Shown here: positions 58,101 through 64,000 of the stretch, in pieces
Layout: every line of letters starts with the position of its first letter
Position numbering within the stretch: the first letter of the stretch is position 1
From: Eledone cirrhosa
Lineage: Eukaryota
DNA: 64,000 nt
Direction: 5' to 3'
Assembly (NCBI GenBank): GCA_964016885.1
Contig: OZ024744.1
Coordinates: 133,548,001 to 133,612,000, forward strand
The notes under the pieces: generated by a model
What the model was told of the DNA's origin: nothing
What the model saw: the letters and a program-made list of their open reading frames with translations, nothing else
Database searches by the model: none
Translations under genes and position numbers: made by a program

Positions 58101-61100
58101 TTAAGTTGGGGTTAATTTATGTTGGGGTTAAGTTAAGTCGGGGTTAAGTTAAGTTGGGGTTGAGTTAAGTTGGGGTTAATTTAAGTTGGGGCTAAGTTAA
58201 TTTGTGGTTAAGTTAAGTTGGGGTTAAGTTAAGTTGGGGTTAAGTTAAGTTGGGGTTGAGTTAAGTTGGGGTTGAGTTAATTTAGGGTTAAGTTAAGTTG
58301 GGGTTAAGTTAAGTTGGGTTTAAGTTAAGTTGGGGTTAAATTAAGTTGGGGGTAAGTTAAGTTGGTGGTAAGTTAAGTTGGGGGTAAGTTAAGATGGGGT
58401 TAAGTTAAGTTGTGGTTAAGTTAATTTGGGGTTAAGTTAGGGTTAAGTTAAGTTGGGTTGAGTTAAGTTGGGGTTAAATTAAGTTGGGGTTAAGTTAAGT
58501 TGGGGTTAAGTTAAGTTGGGGTTAAGTTAAGTTGGGGTTAATTTAAATTGGGGTTTAGTTAAGTTGGGGTTAAGTTAAGTTGGGTTTATATTAAGTTGGG
58601 GTTAAGTTAAGTTGGGGTTAAGTTAAGTTGGGGTTCAGTTAAGTTGCGGTTAATTTAAGTTGGGGTTAATTTAAGTTGGGGTTAAGTTAAGTTGGGGTTA
58701 AGTTAAGTTGGTGTTAAGTTAAGTTGGGGCTAAGTTAAGTTGGGGCTGAGTTAAGTTGGGGCTGAGTTAAGTTGGGGTTAAGTTAAGTTGGGGTTGAGTT
58801 AAGTTGGGGTTAAGTTAAGTTGGGGTTAAGTTAAGTTGGGGTTAAGTTAAGTTGGGGTTAAGTTAAGTTGGGGTCTAGTTAAGTTGGGGTTCAGTTAAGT
58901 TGGGGTTAAGTTAAGTTTGGGTTAAGTTGGGGTTAAATTAATTTGGGGTTAAGTTAAGTTGGGGTTTAGTTAAGTTAGGGTTAAGTTAAGTTGGGGTTAA
59001 TTTAAGTTGGGGTTAAGTTAAGTTGTGGGTGATTTAAGTTGGGGTTAAGTTAAGTTGGGGTTAAGTTAAGTTGGGGTTAAGTTAAGTTGGGGTTAAGTTA
59101 AGTTGGGGGAAAGTTAAGTTGGGGGTAAGTTAAGTTGGGGGTAAGTTAAGTTGGGGTTAAGTTAAGTTGGGGTTAAGTTAAGTTAGGGTTAAGTTAAGTT
59201 GGGGTTGAGTTAAGTTGGGGTTAAGTTAAGTTGGGGTTAAGTTAAGTTGGGGTTAAGTTAGGTTGTGGTTAAGTTAAGTTGGGGGTAAGTTAAGTTGGGG
59301 GTAAGTTAAGTTGGGGTTAATTTAAGTTGGGTCTAATTAAGTTGGGTTTAAGTTAAGTGGGGTTAAGTTAAGTTGGGGTTAAGTTAAGTTGGGGTTAAGT
59401 TAAGTTGGTGGTAAGTTAAGTTGGGGTTAAATTAAGTTGGGGTTAAGTTAAGTTGGGGTTAAGTTAAGTGGAGGTTAACTTAAGTTGGGGTTAAGTTAAG
59501 TTGGGGTTAAGTTAAGTGGAGGTTAACTTAAGTTGGGGGTAAGTTAAGTTGGTGGTAAGTTAAGTTGGGGGTAAGTTAAGATGGGGTTAAGTTAAGTTGG
59601 GGTTAAGTTAATTTGGGGTTAAGTTAGGGTTAAGTTAAGTTGGGTTGAGTTAAGTTGGGGTTAAATTAAGTTGGGGTTAAGTTAAGTTGGTGTTAAGTTA
59701 AGTTGGGGTTAAGTTAAGTTGGGGTTAAGTTAAGTTGGGGTTAAGTTAGGTTGTGGTTAAGTTAAGTTGGGGGTAAGTTAAGTTGGCGGTAAGTTAAGTT
59801 GGGGTTTATTTAAGTTGGGTCTAATTAAGTTGGGGTTAAGTTAAGTTGGCGGTAAGTTAAGTTGGGGTTTATTTAAGTTGGGTCTAATTAAGTTGCGGTT
59901 AAGTTAAGTTGGGGTTAAGTTAAGTTGGGGTTAAGTTAAATTGGGGTTAAGTTAAGTTGGGGTTAAGTTAAGTTGGGGTTAAGTTAAGTTGGGGTTAAGT
60001 TAGATTGTGGTTAAGTTAAGTTGGGGTTAAGTTAAGTTGGGGTTAAGTTAAGGCGGGGTTAAGTTGAGTTGGGGTTAAGTTAAGTTGGGGTTAAGTTAAG
60101 TTGGGGGTACTTAAGTTGGGTTTAAGTTAAGTGAGGTTAAGTTAAGTTGGGGTTAAGTTAAGTTGGGGTTAAGTTAAGTTGGGGTTAAGTTAGGTTGTGG
60201 TTAAGTTAAGTTGGGGGTAAGTTAAGTTGGGGGTAAGTTAAGTTGGGGTTAATTTAAGTTGGGTCTAATTAAGTTGGGGTTAAGTTAAGTTGGGGTTAAG
60301 TTAAGTTGGGGTTGAGTTAATTTGGGGTTAACTTAAGTTGGGGGTACTTAAGTTGGGTTTAAGTTAAGTGGGGTTAAGTTAAGTTGGGGTTAAGTTAAGT
60401 TGGGGTTAAGTTAAGTTGGTGGTAAGTTAAGTTGGGGGTAAGTTAAGTTGGGGTTAATTTAAGTTGGGTCAAATTAAGTTGGGGTTAATTTAAGTTGGGG
60501 TTAAGTTAAGTTGGGGTTAAATTAAGTTGGGGTTAAGTTAAGTTGGGGTTAAATTAAGTTGGGGTTAAGTTAAGTTGGGGTTAAGTTAAGTGGAGGTTAA
60601 CTTAAGTTGGGGTTAAGTTAAGTTGGGGTTAAGTTAAGTTGGGGTTAAGTTAAGTTGGTGTTAAGTTAAGTTGTGGCTAAGTTAAGTTGGGGTTTAGTTA
60701 AGTTGGGGATAAGTTAAGTTGGGGCTAAGTTAAGTTGGGGTTAAGTTGGGGTTAAGTTAAGTTAGGTTTAAGTTAAGTTGGGGTTAAGTTAAGTTGGGGG
60801 TACTTAAGTTGGGTTTAAGTTAAGTGAGGTTAAGTTAAGTTGGGGTTAAGTTAAGTTGGGGTTAAGTTAAGTTGGGGTTAAGTTAAGTTGGGGGTAAGTT
60901 AAGTTGGGGGTAAGTTAAGTTGGGGTTAATTTAAGTTGGGTCAAATTAAGTTGGGGTTAATTTAAGTTGGGGTTAAGTTAAGTTGGGGTTAAATTAAGTT
61001 GGGGTTAAGTTAAGTTGGGGTTAAATTAAGTTGGGGTTAAGTTAAGTTGGGGTTAAGTTAAGTTGGGGTTAAGTTAAGTTGGGGGTAAGTTAAGTTGGTG

Positions 61101-64000
61101 GTAAGTTAAGTTGGGGGTAAGTTAAGATGGGGTTAAGTTAAGTTGGGGTTAAGTTAATTTGGGGTTAAGTTAGGGTTAAGTTAAGTTGGGTTGAGTTAAG
61201 TTGGGGTTAAATTAAGTTGGGGTTAAGTTAAGTTGGGGTTAAGTTAAGTTGGGGTTAAGTTAAGATGGGGTTAAGTTAAGTTGGGGTTAAGTTGGGGTTA
61301 AGTTAAGTTAGGGTTAAGTTAAGTTGGGGTTAAGTTGAGTTGGGGTTAAGTTAAGTTGCGGTTAATTTAAGTTGGGGTTAAGTTAAGTTGGGGTTAAGTT
61401 AAGTTGGGGTTAATTTAAGTTGGGGTTAAGTTAAGTTGGGGTTAAGTTAAGTTGGGGTTAAGTTAAGTTGGGGGTAAGTTAAGTTGGTGGTAAGTTAAGT
61501 TGGGGGTAAGTTAAGATGGGGTTAAGTTAAGTTGGGGTTAAGTTAATTTGGGGTTAAGTTAGGGTTAAGTTAAGTTGGGTTGAGTTAAGTTGGGGTTAAA
61601 TTAAGTTGGGGTTAAGTTAAGTTGGGGTTAAGTTAAGTTGGGGTTAAGTTGGGGTTAAGTTAAGTTGGTGTTAAGTTAAGTTGGGGCTAAGTTAAGTTGG
61701 GGCTGAGTTAAGTTGGGGCTGAGTGAAGTTGGGGTTAAGTTAAGTTGGGGTTGAGTTAAGTTGGGGTTAATTTAAGTTGGGGCTAAGTTAATTTGTGGTT
61801 AAGTTAAGTTGGGGTTAAGTTAAGTTGGGGTTAAGTTAAGTTGGGGTTGAGTTAAGTTGGGGTTGAGTTAATTTAGGGTTAAGTTAAGTTGGGGTTAAGT
61901 TAAGTTGGGTTTAAGTTAAGTTGGGGTTAAATTAAGTTGGGGTTAAGTTAAGTTGGGGGTAAGTTAAGTTGGGGGCAAGTTAAGTTGGGGTTAAGTTAAG
62001 TTGGGGTTGAATTAAGTTGGGGTTAAGTTAAGTTGGTGTTAAGTTAAGTTGGGGTTTATTTAAGTTGGGGTTAATTAAGTTGGGGTTAAGTTAAGTTGGG
62101 GTTAAGTTAAGTTGGGGTTAATTTAAGTTGGGGTTTAGTTAAGTTGGGGTTAAGTTAAGTTGGGTTTATATTAAGTTGGGGTTAAGTTAAGTTGGGGTTA
62201 AGTTAAGTTGGGGTTCAGTTAAGTTGCGGTTAATTTAAGTTGGGGTTAAGTTAAGTTGGGGTTAAGTTAAGTTGGGGTTAAGTTAAGTTGGGGTTAAGTT
62301 AAGTTGGTGTTAAGTTAAGTTGGGGCTAAGTTAAGTTGGGGCTGAGTTAAGTTGGGGCTGAGTTAAGTTGGGGTTAAGTTAAGTTGGGGTTGAGTTAAGT
62401 TGGGGTTTAGTTAAGTTGGGGTTAAGTTAAGTTGGGGTTAATTTAAGTTGGGGTTAAGTTAAGTTGCGGGTGATTTAAGTTGAGGTTAAGTTAAGTTGGG
62501 GTTAAGTTAAGTTGGGGTTAAGTTAAGTTGGGGTTAAGTTAAGTTGGGGTTAATTTAAGTTGGGGGAAAGTTAAGTTGGGGGTAAGTTAAGTTGGGGGTA
62601 AGTTAAGTTGGGGTTAAGTTAAGTTGGGGTTAAGTTAAGTTAGGGTTAAGTTAAGTTGGGGTTGAGTTAAGTTGGGGTTAAGTTAAGTTGGGGTTATTTT
62701 AAGTTGGGGTTAAGTTAAGTTGCGGTTAAGTTAAGTTGGGGTTAAGTTAAGTTGGGGTTAAGTTAAATTGGGGTTAAGTTAAGTTGGGGTTAAGTTAAGT
62801 TGGGGTTAAGTTAAGTTGGGGTTAAGTTAGATTGTGGTTAAGTTAAGTTGGGGTTAAGTTAAGTTGGGGTTAAGTTAAGTTGGGGTTAAGTTAAGGCGGG
62901 GTTAAGTTGAGTTGGGGTTAAGTTAAGTTGGGGTTAAGTTAAGTTGGGGTTAACTTAAGTTGGGGGTACTTAAGTTGGGTTTAAGTTAAGTGGGGTTAAG
63001 TTAAGTTGGGGTTAAGTTAAGTTGGGGTTAAGTTAAGTTGGGGTTAAGTTAGGTTGTGGTTAAATTAAGTTGGGGGTAAGTTAAGTTGGGGGTAAGTTAA
63101 GTTGGGGTTAATTTAAGTTGGGTCTAATTAAGTTGGGGTTAAGTTAAGTTGGGGTTAAGTTAAGTTGGGGTTGAGTTAATTTGGGGTTAACTTAAGTTGG
63201 GGGTACTTAAGTTGGGTTTAAGTTAAGTGGGGTTAAGTTAAGTTGGGGTTAAGTTAAGTTGGGGTTAAATTAAGTTGGGGGTAAGTTAAGTTGGGGGTAA
63301 GTTAAGTTGGGGTTAATTTAAGTTGGGTCAAATTAAGTTGGGGTTAATTTAAGTTGGGGTTAAGTTAAGTTGGGGTTAAATTAAGTTGGGGTTAAGTTAA
63401 GTTGGGGTTAAATTAAGTTGGGGTTAAGTTAAGTTGGGGTTAAGTTAAGTTGGGGTTAAGTTAAGTTGGGGGTAAGGTAAGTTGGTGGTAGTTAAGTTGG
63501 GGGTAAGTTAAGATGGGGTTAAGTTAAGTTGGGGTTAAGTTAATTTGGGGTTAAGTTAGGGTTAAGTTAAGTTGGGTTGAGTTAAGTTGGGGTTAAATTA
63601 AGTTGGGGTTAAGTTAAGTTGGGGTTAGGTTAAGTTGGGGTTAAGTTAAGTTGGGGTTAAGTTAGGTTGTGGTTAAGTTAAGTTGGGGGTAAGTTAAGTT
63701 GGGGGTAAGTTAAGTTGGGGTTAATTTAAGTTGGGTTTAATTAAGTTGGGGTTAAGTTAAGTTGGGGTTAAGTTAAGTTGGGGTTAAATTAAGTTGGGGT
63801 TAAGTTAAGTTGAGGTTAAATTAAGTTGGGGTTAAGTTAAGATGGGGTTAAGTTAAGTTGGGGTTAAGTTAAGTTGGGGTTAAATTAAGTTGGGGTTAAA
63901 TTAAGTTGGGGTTAAGTTAAGTTGGGGGTAAGTTAAGTTGGGGGCAAGTTAAGTTGGGGTTAAGTTAAGTTGGGGTTAAATTAAGTTGGGGTTAAGTTAA
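40110..64000 (+). repeat. Variant domain A' (A-type variants return in long near-identical blocks)
   Basis: A markers reappear (GCGGGTGATT about 40830, GTACTTAAG about 41330) in the same order as at 12.8-20.3 kb. Confidence 0.8.
43750..64000 (+). repeat. About 8.5-kb higher-order tandem repeat, at least 2.3 copies (about 43750-52235, 52235-60800, 60800 to window end)
   Basis: Marker TAAGGTAAGTTGGTGGTAGTT at about 46410, 54911 and 63476 (offsets 8501 and 8565). The C of GGGTCAAA at 43876, 52377 and 60942 gives the same offsets. Confidence 0.88.

Larger units (their letters stand above)
1..64000 (+). repeat. 16-bp tandem repeat array (satellite or telomere-like), consensus GGGGTTAAGTTAAGTT, about 4,000 monomers, running off both window edges
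   Basis: Read directly throughout. Consensus is 6 G, 6 T, 4 A and 0 C on + (37.5% GC). Most monomers are exact or carry 1-2 substitutions. There are occasional 11-bp units (TTAAGTTGGGG) and 15-bp units. Confidence 0.99.

Noticed and set aside
1-64000. Protein-coding ORF or repeat protein on either strand
   Set aside because: TTAA gives TAA on both strands twice per monomer, and the 16-bp period cycles through all frames, so no ORF of meaningful length exists.
1-64000. CRISPR array, or iteron or repeat-spacer system
   Set aside because: Repeats are head-to-tail with no unique spacers. There is no leader and no cas or rep gene.
1-64000. Pure sequencing or low-complexity artefact
   Set aside because: Rare variants recur in ordered, diverged kb-scale copies, which random error would not produce. 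The copy number of the near-identical blocks could still be misassembled.
1-64000. Assignment to a named satellite family or species
   Set aside because: I do not recognise the exact monomer. The similarity to hymenopteran or ciliate telomere motifs is only suggestive and needs a database search.

Overview
The whole 64 kb window is one uninterrupted tandem-repeat (satellite or telomere-like) array of roughly 4,000 copies of a 16-bp monomer, GGGGTTAAGTTAAGTT, i.e. (TTAAG)2-TTGGGG. The G-rich strand is on +. I found no genes, RNA genes, CRISPR arrays or mobile elements. TTAA occurs twice per monomer and 16 is not a multiple of 3, so TAA stops recur in all six frames. The information lies in the variant monomers, which I tracked by eye. 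They show (i) three 173-bp inverted islands (21866-22038, 25147-25319, 27536-27708), each opening with a spacer-less palindrome, (ii) an A-B-A' domain layout with different diagnostic variants (about 1-20.1 kb, 20.1-40.1 kb and 40.1-64 kb), and (iii) nested higher-order repeats of about 1.27, 2.2-2.7, 4.57, 8.5 and 11.5 kb. The monomer resembles composite telomere motifs (TTAGG-like plus TTGGGG), but the higher-order structure points to amplification by recombination. The source organism cannot be determined from the sequence. It is probably a eukaryote. Block boundaries are approximate, and offsets were measured between marker variants.
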